A stretch of 64,000 nt of DNA, from NCBI GenBank assembly GCA_028293565.1, contig JAQGON010000165.1:1011-65010 (forward strand), given 5' to 3'. The number at the start of each line of letters is the position of its first letter. The stretch's first letter is position 1. Below, in pieces: positions 54,393 through 63,969 of the stretch. A model generated the notes under the pieces. The model had not been told where the DNA came from and did no database searches. It saw only the letters and a list, made by a program, of their open reading frames with translations. The translations under genes were made by a program, and so were the position numbers. This stretch comes from Verrucomicrobiota bacterium. Its GTDB lineage: Bacteria > Verrucomicrobiota > Verrucomicrobiia > Opitutales > Opitutaceae.

Positions 54393-55463
54393 ATGGCTGC
54401 TCCCATTCGCTACGGCATCATCGGCGCCGGTGTCATCGCCAACCTCATGGCCCGCGCCTTCACCGAGGGGCGCGGTTCGGTCGCGGTGGCGGTGGCCGAC
54501 GTCAACGCCGACGCCGCCCGCCAGCTCGCCGCGGCGACCGGGGCGGAGAAAATCCATGCCGGCCACCGTGCGCTGCTCGCCGACCCCGAAGTCGACGCGG
54601 TGTACATCGCGACCCCGCCTTTCCTCCACCGGCCGATGATCCTCGACGCCCTGCGCGCCGGGAAACATGTCTGCTGCGAAAAACCGTTTCTCCTGACGCA
54701 GGCCGAGGCGCGCGAGGTTGCGGCCGCACAGCGCGAGCGGCCGGAACTCAAGCTCACCTGCTGCTCGTCGCGTTATCATGACTCCGGGACCGCGCGCCGG
54801 GCCCGGCAGCTCGTCGCCGCCGACGACCTGGGAAAACTTTACCGCGTGCATTTCGAACAGGTCACGCTCGCGGCCAAGCCCGGCACGGTGCTGCCGCCCT
54901 GGCGCAACGATCCGGCCAGGAATGGCGGCGGCATTTCGTTCGACTGGGGACCTTACGATCTCGACTGGCTCAGCTTCGTGCTCGGCGACCTGTTCAGGCC
55001 GCGCGTGGTCTTCGGCACGGCGGGAAATTATTTTCCGCTGACGGCGGAACGCGTCCCGCCCTGCCTCGACGTCGACGGACGCCTCGCCGCCGAGATCCTC
55101 TGCGACGGCGGGCTCACCCTGCATTGGGAACGCCGCGCCGCGGAACACGGCCCGGACCGGCACAACGTCGAGCTGCGCGGGACGAAGGCCGGGCTCGATC
55201 TGTGTTTCCTTCCGATGGGCGCGAAACAGCAGATCCGCCGCTACGCCTATGCGGGCACCGCCGACCTCGCGGAGACCACGCTCCCCGATGCGCCGCCGGG
55301 ATGGAACGACACGCTCGTTTTCCCCATCCGCGACCTGACCGCGGCCATCGTGGAAAACCGTCCGCCCTCCAACACCGCCGACGACAACGTCCGCATCCAG
55401 GGTGTGTTCGACGCCCTGCTGGAATCCGCGCGGACGCAGCAGGCGGTGAGGATCGAGGGATAA
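54393..55463 (+). CDS. Gfo/Idh/MocA family oxidoreductase
   Basis: '[14 protein letters not shown]' and '[14 protein letters not shown]'. Confidence 0.88.
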   Translation: MAAPIRYGIIGAGVIANLMARAFTEGRGSVAVAVADVNADAARQLAAATGAEKIHAGHRALLADPEVDAVYIATPPFLHRPMILDALRAGKHVCCEKPFLLTQAEAREVAAAQRERPELKLTCCSSRYHDSGTARRARQLVAADDLGKLYRVHFEQVTLAAKPGTVLPPWRNDPARNGGGISFDWGPYDLDWLSFVLGDLFRPRVVFGTAGNYFPLTAERVPPCLDVDGRLAAEILCDGGLTLHWERRAAEHGPDRHNVELRGTKAGLDLCFLPMGAKQQIRRYAYAGTADLAETTLPDAPPGWNDTLVFPIRDLTAAIVENRPPSNTADDNVRIQGVFDALLESARTQQAVRIEG

Positions 55464-55560
55464 ATCCCAAGGTGAAAACCCGAGACCCGAAATAATTTCC
55501 CAACCTCGGAATCCGTCCTTTCGAATTCCGGATTTTCCCCTTCGGATTTCCTCCGCCCCG

Positions 55561-56457
55561 ATGTCTTTTCCCAATCCTCTCTACCTCTTCAACAATCACT
55601 TCGTGGGCCATCGGCGGAATTATCCGTATCGGACGCGTCTCGCCATCGCCGCCGACCTCGGGTTCGAGGGCTACGAGCTTCATCCGATCGAACCGGACGA
55701 CGACAAATCCTGGGACGAAGCGGCCGCCGCCTTCAAGTCGAGCGGACTGAAGCGTGCCGGGATGTATGTCGTCGGCCGCGGCGCGACGGACGAGGAGCAC
55801 CCGAAAATCGACGCCGACCTCGCGCGCACCCGCCGCATCGTCGAGCGGCTGCAGGCGATCGATGCCGGGGCGTTCGTGAATTATTCGATCCTCAGCAATC
55901 CCGCGGGAAAAAGCCCGCCGGATTACCGCGAGGCCGGTTCGGCGAAAGCGGAGCCGCGCCACTGGGAGCGCGCCGCGCGACTGGTCCGCGAGCTCGACTC
56001 CGACCTTGCGGCGCGCGGCATGCCGGGGAATCTCTACAACCATGTCTGGTTCATCGTCGACACGCCGGCGGCGGAACTGCGCCTGATCCGGGACTCGGGC
56101 GCAAAGGTCGTCCGCCCGGGCCTCGCGCTCTTCCATGCGTTCTTTCACCAAGGCGTGCCCGACCTGCCCGAGGTCATGAACCAGCCCGGCATGGAACGCC
56201 TCGGTTATTTCGCCGTGCTCAACGGCTGGCCCAAACCGGCCGAGCCTTTTCGCACGCGTCCCCTCGACGACGGCAACATCGACGTCGCGGCCGCCCTCGG
56301 CCTGCTGTGGTCGAAGGGCTACGCCGGCCCGGTCGTGTCGCAGGCCTACGACCTCGGGGGCGATCCCTACGAATCGGCGAAGCGGGCCCGCGATTATCTC
56401 CACGCCGTGCACGAGCGCTTCACCCGCAACCCGCAGCTCAACCCTTTCAGCCGCTGA
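55561..56457 (+). CDS. Xylose-isomerase-like TIM-barrel protein (sugar phosphate isomerase/epimerase)
   Basis: 'AIAADLGFEGYELHP' start and overall AP_endonuc_2-like pattern. 298 aa. Confidence 0.8.
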   Translation: MSFPNPLYLFNNHFVGHRRNYPYRTRLAIAADLGFEGYELHPIEPDDDKSWDEAAAAFKSSGLKRAGMYVVGRGATDEEHPKIDADLARTRRIVERLQAIDAGAFVNYSILSNPAGKSPPDYREAGSAKAEPRHWERAARLVRELDSDLAARGMPGNLYNHVWFIVDTPAAELRLIRDSGAKVVRPGLALFHAFFHQGVPDLPEVMNQPGMERLGYFAVLNGWPKPAEPFRTRPLDDGNIDVAAALGLLWSKGYAGPVVSQAYDLGGDPYESAKRARDYLHAVHERFTRNPQLNPFSR

Positions 56458-56542
56458 CCGGAACCGAACCGGAACTTTACGGAAGGAAAGCCGAGCCGGG
56501 ACCGGAGTTGCGATCCTCCGGTCTTCCTCCCGTGAAAACCCC

Positions 56543-57685
56543 ATGACACCCATCGTCAGAGTTGAAATCGGACGCTTCGATTACACGGTCGCGGGGGAAT
56601 TCAAGTTCTTCAAGCCGGGTCCGGACGGCCGCGTGACCCGACCTTCCGTTCTCGTCCGGCTCACCGATGCGGACGGACAGCAGGGCTGGGGACAGTCGGT
56701 GCCGGTGCCGTCGTGGACCTATGAAACGGTCGAATCGGTGATGAGCACGCTGCGATTCTATCTCGCGGAGATCATGCTGGGCCGCGACCCGGCGGACTTT
56801 TCGGGGCTGCACGCGGCGATGAACGCCGCGATCCGCCCCGCCTTCTCGGTCGGCCAGCCGCTCTGCAAGGCCGCGCTCGACCTCGCGTGCCACGACCTCG
56901 CCGGACGCCAGCGCGGCGTGCCCGCCTGGAAACTTTTCGGGCCGCCGTCGGCGGCGCGGGACCGGCTCACGCTCAGCTGGACCGTGGCGTCGCCGAGCAT
57001 GGACGCCGTGGAGCGCCAGCTCTCCGCGGGCCGCGCGCGCGGCTACCGGAACTTCAACATCAAGGTCGGCGCCCCGCAGACCGCCGACTACGACGTCGCC
57101 TTGGCGAAATGCGTGCGGGCCTTCGCGCCCGAGGGTTTCCTGTGGGCGGACGCGAACACCGGCTACACCACGGATGAGGTGCTCGCGCTCGCGCCGAAGC
57201 TGCGCGACGCGGGCGTCGATGTCCTCGAGTCGCCGCTCCCGCCGACGCAGATCCGCGGGTACCAGGCGTTGAAAAAACTCGGGGCGCTGCCGGTGCTGAT
57301 GGACGAGGGCATCCTTTCGCCGGCGGAATCCGCGGAATTCATGGCGCTCGGCATGATGGACGGCATCGCGATGAAACCCGCGCGCAACGCCGGCCTCTGG
57401 CCCTCGGTGCAGATCGTCACCCAGCTCCGCGAGCGCGGCCTGATGGTGCTCGGTTCCGGGCTCACCGATCCCGATTTGTCGCTCTCCGCCGCGGCGCACC
57501 TGTTCGCGTGGGCGGGGATCGCGCAGCCGTGCGCGCTCAACGGCCCCCAGTTTCTCAGCGACCGGCTGTCCGGTGAAACCCTCGTGCCGGAAAATGACGC
57601 GTTGACGGTTCCGACCGGACCCGGGCTCGGGCTCGCGCTCGACCCGCGCGCGGAAGCGTGCCTGGAAACCGCGGCCGGATCATAG
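56543..57685 (+). CDS. Enolase-superfamily enzyme (MR/MLE type)
   Basis: 'YRNFNIKVG', metal ligands in 'WADANTGY', 'LESPLP' and 'LMDEGI', and the beta-6 Lys in 'GIAMKPARNAG'. Confidence 0.85.
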   Translation: MTPIVRVEIGRFDYTVAGEFKFFKPGPDGRVTRPSVLVRLTDADGQQGWGQSVPVPSWTYETVESVMSTLRFYLAEIMLGRDPADFSGLHAAMNAAIRPAFSVGQPLCKAALDLACHDLAGRQRGVPAWKLFGPPSAARDRLTLSWTVASPSMDAVERQLSAGRARGYRNFNIKVGAPQTADYDVALAKCVRAFAPEGFLWADANTGYTTDEVLALAPKLRDAGVDVLESPLPPTQIRGYQALKKLGALPVLMDEGILSPAESAEFMALGMMDGIAMKPARNAGLWPSVQIVTQLRERGLMVLGSGLTDPDLSLSAAAHLFAWAGIAQPCALNGPQFLSDRLSGETLVPENDALTVPTGPGLGLALDPRAEACLETAAGS

Positions 57686-57693
57686 CCCGAGCC

Positions 57694-60600
57694 ATGCCCC
57701 ACCCCGCCCGCCGCCTGCTCTTCGCCGCCCGCCTCGCCGCGGGTTTCGCCGGCGCCGCGCTCGCGCTCGCGGTAATCATTTATGCGGCCGCCGCCTTTTT
57801 CCGGCCGGACCTCACCCGGCGCCCGGCGATGCCCTCGGCCGCGGAGGCCGCTTCCGCCCGCCAGGCGCGCACCGCCCGGCTCGATCCGAAAAATCCCGCC
57901 GTCATCTGGCGCGACGTGGATTATTCCGAAGGCGCGCGCGGCGCCTGGTGGCCGAAGGGCGAGGCGCCGCTCCTCGCCGAGCTGGTGAAGGAGGGAAAAC
58001 TTCCGCCGGTGGAGCAGCGCACCGGACCCGAGCCGGTGGTGCTCGAAGGCGTGGAGGGGAACGGACGCTATGGCGGCACCTGGCACCGGCTCGCGATCAA
58101 TCCGGAGGATCTCGAGGGCATCCTGCACACCCGGCTTTCGTACGCCTCCCTCGTGCGCTGGTCGCCTGAGGGCTATCCGATCGTGCCGCATCTCGCCAAG
58201 TCGTGGAGCGTCTCCGCCGACCAGCGCGAGTGGACGTTCACGCTCCGCAAAGGGCTGCGGTGGTCGGACGGGCATCCGTTCACCGCCGACGACATCCTGT
58301 TCTGGTGGCAATGGGAGATCCTGTACTTCAAATCCGGCGCCGGGACGTCCGGGGGCTCCGATTATTCCTTCATGATGCACGCCGGAAAACTCGGCAGCAT
58401 CGAGCGGGTGGACGCGCTCACGCTGCGCTTCAAATTCGCGGATCCCAACGGGTTCTTTCTCGAGCGCCTCGCCGGCGCCGTCGATTACTACCGGCCCGTT
58501 CATTACCTGAAAAAATTCCACCCGGCGCTGGGAGACCGGGAGGTGATCGCCGCGGCGATGCGGTCGATGAACCTGCCGAGTCCGCTGGCCGTGTACATCC
58601 GCGTCAAGCACCGGCTAAATCCCGAGCATCCGCGCCTGTGGCCGTGGATCTACTGCGACTACAAGTCCTCCGCGCCGCAGGCGCTGGTGCGGAATCCCTA
58701 TTATTTCGCCGTCGACGCCGCCGGGAACCAGCTGCCGTACCTCGACCGGCTCGTGATCGACATCCGCGACCGCGCGCTGATCGGCGCCTCCGTCGCCGGC
58801 GGCGAGGCCTCGATGCAGGATCGCCACCTCGACTTCGAGGACTACACGCTGCTGGCCACCGAGGCGCCGCGGCAGGGATACCGGCTCCTGCATTGGTTCA
58901 GCGCGACGCGGACCATGACGCAGATCAGCCCGAACCTGAACCGCGCGATCGACCCCGCGCATCCCGAGACCGCATGGAAGCATCGCCTGCTGAACGAAAA
59001 AACCTTCCGGCAGGCGCTCTCGCTCGCAATCAACCGCCAAGCCATCATCGATGCGGTCTATTACGGCGTGGGCGAACCGGCGCAGAATTCCCCGGGCCCG
59101 GAATCGCCCTACGGCAACGCGCGCCATTTCCACGCATTCACCGACTTCGACCCGAGGCGCGCGGACGCGATGCTCGACGGCCTCGGGCTGGCGCGGCGCG
59201 ATGGCCAGGGGTTCCGCACGTTTCCGGACGGCTCGCGGATGACGTGGTTCCTGAATCTTGCGACCAGCTTTCCGTCCGACGCCGCGCAGCGCGTGTCCGA
59301 CGACTGGGCGCGTGTCGGCATCCGCGCGATCGTGCAGATCCACCTGCGGACGCTCTGGCAGGTGGAGCAGGCGGCGCTGGAGCACGATTTCACCTTCTGG
59401 CCCGGGCTCGAGGAGTTCATGCCGATGCTCGAGCCGCGCTATTATGTTCCGCTCAACGGCGCCTCGTTCTTTGCCCCGCAGTGGGGCCGCTGGTATTACC
59501 GCTCCGGCCGCACCGACCTGCCGCCGGACCGCTCGGCCAGCTTCGAGGGGCCGCCGCCCGGCCACCCCGCGCGTCGCGCGATGGAACTCTACAATCTCGC
59601 GCAAATCGCGCCGACCGCCGCCGAGCGGCACGAGCGCTTCCGGGAAATTCTCGATCTCGCCGCGGACAACACCTGGTCGATCAACATCTCCACGCCGCCT
59701 CCGGCCCTGGTCGTCGTCAAGGACGGCCTGCACAATGTCCCGTTGCGCGGCCTCGTCGGTTATTACTACAACACGCCCGGGAACACCGGGCTGGAGACGT
59801 ATTACTGGGACCAGCCGAACGACCCGCCGGCGACGAAGGACCAGATCAAGGAATCGTTGCTCCATCCCTCCCAGCTGCCGGGCCTGACCGCGAATCCTGC
59901 GGCCGGCACCTCCGCGCGCCCGGCGCTCGGCGTCTGGGCCTGGCGCGCGCTGGGTTTCGCCGCGCTGGCCGGCCTCGTCGTGATTGCGGTTCGCCATCCT
60001 TTCGTCGGCCGCCGGCTCCTGCTGCTCGTGCCGACCCTGCTCGCGATTTCCGTCATCGTCTTCACGATCGTGCAGCTTCCGCCGGGGGATTTCCTGACCT
60101 CGAAGACCCTGGAGATTTCCATGAGCGGGGATCCGAACGCCGACGCGCAGCTGGCCAACCTGCGCGAGACGTTCCGCTTCGATGATCCGGCGTGGAAGCA
60201 GTACGCCCACTGGATGGGGCTGAAGTGGTTTGTCACGCTCGACGCGGCGGACAGCGGGCTGCTTCAGGGAAACCTCGGCCGCTCGATGGAGAGCAACCTC
60301 CCCGTGAACGAGATCCTCGGCGACCGGCTGATGCTCACGTTTGTGATTTCGCTGCTGACGATCCTGTTCACGTGGGTGCTCGCCATCCCCATCGGCATCT
60401 ACTCGGCGGTCCGGCCTTACACCCTCGGCGATTACGCGCTGACACTCGTGGGGTTTGTCGGCATCTCGATTCCGCCGTTCCTGTTCGCCCTCGTCCTGAT
60501 GTATCTCAGCGGGGAATATTTCGGGATCACGGTCTCCGGACTTTTCAGCGTGCGCTATGCCTCCGATCCGGTCTGGTCAGGGGGCAAGGTGCTGGACCTG

Positions 60601-61026
60601 CTCCAGCACGTCTGGGTCGCGGTCGTCGTCCTCGGAGTCGGCAGCACGGCGGTGATGATCCGCGTGATGCGCGCCAACCTGCTCGACGAATTGAAGAAGC
60701 CTTACGTCGTCACGGCTCGCGCCAAAGGCGTCCGCCCGCTCCGGCTCCTGCTGAAATATCCGGTGCGCATCGCGCTGAACCCCTTCGTGTCCGGACTGGC
60801 CGTGCTCTTTCCGCAGCTCGTTTCGGGCGGGGCGATCGTCGCGCTCGTGCTGAGCCTGCCGACGATCGGCCCGATGCTGATGCTCGCGCTGCTGAACGAG
60901 GACACCTACTTCGCCGCGTCGATGCTCATGATCCTCAGCGTGCTCGGCGCCGTGGGCACGCTCATGAGCGATCTCCTGCTGCTCTGGCTCGATCCGCGCA
61001 TCCGGATGGGAGGCGGAGGACGATGA
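57694..61026 (+). CDS. Fusion: membrane-anchored family-5 (Opp/Dpp-type) substrate-binding domain + extra TM helix + DppB/OppB-type ABC permease
   Basis: N-terminal anchor 'LLFAARLAAGFAGAALALAVIIYAAAAFF'. SBP_bac_5-like 'GGTWHRLA...LVRWSPEGYPIVPHLAKSW...WTFTLRKGLRWSDGHPFTADD'. Linker TM 'WRALGFAALAGLVVIAV'. Permease 'LLLLVPTLLAISVIVFTIVQLPPGD...YVVTARAKGV...LWLDPRIR'. Confidence 0.85.
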   Translation: MPHPARRLLFAARLAAGFAGAALALAVIIYAAAAFFRPDLTRRPAMPSAAEAASARQARTARLDPKNPAVIWRDVDYSEGARGAWWPKGEAPLLAELVKEGKLPPVEQRTGPEPVVLEGVEGNGRYGGTWHRLAINPEDLEGILHTRLSYASLVRWSPEGYPIVPHLAKSWSVSADQREWTFTLRKGLRWSDGHPFTADDILFWWQWEILYFKSGAGTSGGSDYSFMMHAGKLGSIERVDALTLRFKFADPNGFFLERLAGAVDYYRPVHYLKKFHPALGDREVIAAAMRSMNLPSPLAVYIRVKHRLNPEHPRLWPWIYCDYKSSAPQALVRNPYYFAVDAAGNQLPYLDRLVIDIRDRALIGASVAGGEASMQDRHLDFEDYTLLATEAPRQGYRLLHWFSATRTMTQISPNLNRAIDPAHPETAWKHRLLNEKTFRQALSLAINRQAIIDAVYYGVGEPAQNSPGPESPYGNARHFHAFTDFDPRRADAMLDGLGLARRDGQGFRTFPDGSRMTWFLNLATSFPSDAAQRVSDDWARVGIRAIVQIHLRTLWQVEQAALEHDFTFWPGLEEFMPMLEPRYYVPLNGASFFAPQWGRWYYRSGRTDLPPDRSASFEGPPPGHPARRAMELYNLAQIAPTAAERHERFREILDLAADNTWSINISTPPPALVVVKDGLHNVPLRGLVGYYYNTPGNTGLETYYWDQPNDPPATKDQIKESLLHPSQLPGLTANPAAGTSARPALGVWAWRALGFAALAGLVVIAVRHPFVGRRLLLLVPTLLAISVIVFTIVQLPPGDFLTSKTLEISMSGDPNADAQLANLRETFRFDDPAWKQYAHWMGLKWFVTLDAADSGLLQGNLGRSMESNLPVNEILGDRLMLTFVISLLTILFTWVLAIPIGIYSAVRPYTLGDYALTLVGFVGISIPPFLFALVLMYLSGEYFGITVSGLFSVRYASDPVWSGGKVLDLLQHVWVAVVVLGVGSTAVMIRVMRANLLDELKKPYVVTARAKGVRPLRLLLKYPVRIALNPFVSGLAVLFPQLVSGGAIVALVLSLPTIGPMLMLALLNEDTYFAASMLMILSVLGAVGTLMSDLLLLWLDPRIRMGGGGR

Positions 61027-61072
61027 AACGCCTTCCTCCTTGGGCTCACGCCCGGAGCCGCCTTTTCGCCGC

Positions 61073-62209
61073 ATGAAGGCCGCGCCCGAAATTGCCCCGG
61101 TCGTCCCGCCGCCGCGCGCTGAGGATGTCCGCTCGCCATGGGAGCTGACGCTCCGGCGGTTCGCCCGCCACCGGCTGGGGCTCGCCTCCTTTTTCCTGCT
61201 CGGCGTCCTCTACGCGATGGCGGTGGGCTGCGAGTTCTTCGCTCCGACGACGCGCGAGTGGCAGGACCAGGGCCATTCGTACTGCCCGCCGCAGCCGGTG
61301 CGTTTTTCCTGGCCCGAGGGATTCTATGTCTGCGCGATGCGGCGGCTCGACAACCCGGTGACGTTTGCGCGCACCTATGTCGAGGACCGCGGCGTGAAAA
61401 TCCCGCTCGGCTTTTTCGTGCGCGGCGAACCCTACCGGTTGTTCAACGTGGTTTCGCTGGACCGGCACTTCTTCGCCGTCGACCGCGCCGGGCGGAACGG
61501 CGGCGCCGACGCGGTCTTTTTCCCCCTCGGCGCGGACAAGTACGGCCGCGACGTGCTTTCCCGGCTGGTCTACGGGGCGCGCATCAGCCTGTCGGTCGGA
61601 CTGATTTCAATCGTGATCACCTTCGTGCTCGGGGTCGTGCTCGGGGGAATCTCGGGCTATGTCGGGGGACGATGGGACAACGTCATCCAGCGCCTGATCG
61701 AGGTGGTGAACGCCCTCCCGCAGTTGCCGTTGTGGCTGGCGCTCGGCGCGATTTTTCCCGCGGAGTGGTCGCCGCTGGCGGTTTATTTCTGCGTGACCGT
61801 CGCCCTGAGCCTGATCGGGTGGACGGGTCTCGCCCGCGTGGTGCGGGGGAAAATTCTTTCGCTGCGCGAGGAGGACTATGCGGTGGCGGCGCGATTGCTG
61901 GGGGCGTCGCATGCCCGCATCCTGTTTCGGCATCTGGTGCCGGGTTTCACCAGCCACATCATCGTGACGCTGACTCTGGGAGTGCCGGGCATGATCTTGG
62001 GCGAGACGGTGTTGAGCTTTCTGGGGCTCGGCCTGCGTCCGCCGATTGTCAGCTGGGGAGTGATGCTGCAGGACTGCCAGAACCTCCAGACCGTCGGCCA
62101 TTATCCGTGGCTGCTCTCGCCGGTGCTCTTCATCGTGCTGACGATCCTTGCCTTCAACTTCGCCGGCGACGCCCTGCGCGACGCCGCCGACCCGTACAGC
62201 GATCGGTGA
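61073..62209 (+). CDS. DppC/OppC-type ABC transporter permease
   Basis: 'PLGADKYGRDVLSRLVYGARISL', EAA-like 'EDYAVAARLLGASHARILFRHLVP', and a C-terminal 'NFAGDALRDAADP'. ATG at 61073. Confidence 0.88.
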   Translation: MKAAPEIAPVVPPPRAEDVRSPWELTLRRFARHRLGLASFFLLGVLYAMAVGCEFFAPTTREWQDQGHSYCPPQPVRFSWPEGFYVCAMRRLDNPVTFARTYVEDRGVKIPLGFFVRGEPYRLFNVVSLDRHFFAVDRAGRNGGADAVFFPLGADKYGRDVLSRLVYGARISLSVGLISIVITFVLGVVLGGISGYVGGRWDNVIQRLIEVVNALPQLPLWLALGAIFPAEWSPLAVYFCVTVALSLIGWTGLARVVRGKILSLREEDYAVAARLLGASHARILFRHLVPGFTSHIIVTLTLGVPGMILGETVLSFLGLGLRPPIVSWGVMLQDCQNLQTVGHYPWLLSPVLFIVLTILAFNFAGDALRDAADPYSDR

Positions 62210-62220
62210 GCTTTTTTTGC

Positions 62221-62330
62221 GCGTAGCACGGGTCTCCGACCCGTGAAGCTGGACTCGAGCTCAACGGGCGTGCTCGACGTTCTCCGTTGGCAGAGTCCGC
62301 CCACACGGGTCGGAGACCCGTGCTACACGC
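62221..62330. repeat. MITE-like element, family 1, copy R (inverted relative to copy L)
   Basis: Same 22-nt termini. The core is the reverse complement of the 54188-54295 core, with a few substitutions. Confidence 0.8.
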
Positions 62331-62331
62331 T

Positions 62332-63969
62332 CTAAGCCTTCACCGACCACGGGGTCGATGATGCCGTGGCCCGGATCGAGAACCGCTTCACGCCGCCGTT
62401 TCTCAGCCCGGCGATGATGATCTGGCCGTTTTCGCCTTTCGGGCGAAGGAGGCGGCCTGAGAGCGTTCGGGTCGTTGCGTTCCAGCGCACGCCGGCGAGT
62501 TCGCGGCCGCCGCTTTGGTGAAAGGTCGTGCCCACCGGCCATGGGTGCGGGCGCGGCTTGCGCAACACGAGCAGCTTCACGGCCGGGCCATGAAAGCCGA
62601 TGTCCAGCCAGCCCGGCCCGGATTGCTGGATCGGATGCGTGTAGTCGCCGGGGTGCCGATAAGCGCCGGCGGGCAATGCCGCGCGCGGGATGATTCCGAG
62701 AAATTGTCCCGACCAGAATTCATACGCCCATCGCTTCGCGCCCGCCGGCAAGCCCAGGCGGGTCAGCTCGATCTGAAAGCGCCGGGGCAGGTTCACGCCC
62801 GATCCCGGTTCCGTCGGCGGCTCGGTCCAGTTGAACACCGCCACCAGCGTCCACTCATCCCAGTCCGCCTTGACCGGAAGCACCCAGACGCTGGCGCCCG
62901 CCGGCGCGCGCTCCTGCGGCTCCTCGAGCGCCACCCGCCTCGCGATCTCCGGATTTTTTTTCTCCTTCGCCTTGACCAGCGTCAGGTACGGCAGCGTGCC
63001 CGTCCGGATCGGATGAAACAGGTCGACCGGTTTCGCGGGCGTGCCGTTCGGCGGCAGCGTCGCAAGCAGCACGCTCCACCGGTCCTCGGGCAGGGTCGTG
63101 AGCTCGTCGCCGATGTCGACGTGCCCGGCTCCCATGAACGTCGCGGTCGCCCGCAACCGCGCCTCCTCCAGCGTGCCGGGCAATCCCACGACGAGGCAGG
63201 AAGGCTGCAGCAGGGACCAGCGCTGCTTGAAAAGATGGCATGCGTAGCTCGTGTAGACCTCGCGCAGATGACGCCAGCCGAGCCCGGAGTTGCCGGTGTC
63301 CATGTTGGCGTAACTGAGTTCCGTGATTCCCGCCCCCGCATAATCACAGCCGGAACAGTCAAGCATGAGCGCCGGCTCGCCCTGGGAATTCAGCGCCGCG
63401 TGCGCGATTTGAAACGCCGTGCGGACCGCCTCGCGCGCGCCGGGGTTGACCAGCCGCGGATCGTGGCGTCCGCGGAGTTTCCCGCCGGCGACGATGCCGG
63501 CGAAATCCCATTTCACGTAGCGCACGCCCTGCCGCGCGAGTTCGGTGAAGTTTTCCCGCAGCCAGGCCTGCGCGCCGGGATGCGAGACATCCAGCGCATG
63601 CACGGCGCAGAACGGTTCCCAGAACCAGCGATAGCAGACGGCCGGCCGGCCCCGCGCGTCGCGCAGCAGCCATTCCGGATGCTCGCGCACGATGGGGTGA
63701 ACCTCCGCGACGCACGACACGCCCACCCAAAGTCCGAGTTCGAACGATTCCTTCCGCAGTTCGCCGCTCAGCCAGCGAAGCCCGCGCCCAAAGCGCGCGT
63801 TCGCCTCGAAATAGGTCGGGAGGTTGTCCTTCTGCCAGCCGAGGTCGACCTGGAGATATTTCAGGCCCAGTTCCCCGAGGCGGCGGCCGCGGGCGGCGAG
63901 CGCCGTGGCCAGCACTTTCGCCTCGCTCACCCCGAGCCGATGCGGATACCAGCTGCACCAGTTCGCCAT
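62332..63969 (-). CDS. Clan GH-D alpha-galactosidase-like glycoside hydrolase (GH36/GH27-like), possibly N-terminally incomplete
   Basis: 'NWCSWY', 'LKYLQVDLGWQ', 'ELGLWVGVS', 'LDVSHPGAQAWL', 'VRYVKWDFAG'. The reading frame stays open upstream of Met 63969 to the window end (…RNHFKAPPAP-M), so the true start may lie outside the window. Confidence 0.72.
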   Translation of the reverse strand: MANWCSWYPHRLGVSEAKVLATALAARGRRLGELGLKYLQVDLGWQKDNLPTYFEANARFGRGLRWLSGELRKESFELGLWVGVSCVAEVHPIVREHPEWLLRDARGRPAVCYRWFWEPFCAVHALDVSHPGAQAWLRENFTELARQGVRYVKWDFAGIVAGGKLRGRHDPRLVNPGAREAVRTAFQIAHAALNSQGEPALMLDCSGCDYAGAGITELSYANMDTGNSGLGWRHLREVYTSYACHLFKQRWSLLQPSCLVVGLPGTLEEARLRATATFMGAGHVDIGDELTTLPEDRWSVLLATLPPNGTPAKPVDLFHPIRTGTLPYLTLVKAKEKKNPEIARRVALEEPQERAPAGASVWVLPVKADWDEWTLVAVFNWTEPPTEPGSGVNLPRRFQIELTRLGLPAGAKRWAYEFWSGQFLGIIPRAALPAGAYRHPGDYTHPIQQSGPGWLDIGFHGPAVKLLVLRKPRPHPWPVGTTFHQSGGRELAGVRWNATTRTLSGRLLRPKGENGQIIIAGLRNGGVKRFSIRATASSTPWSVKA

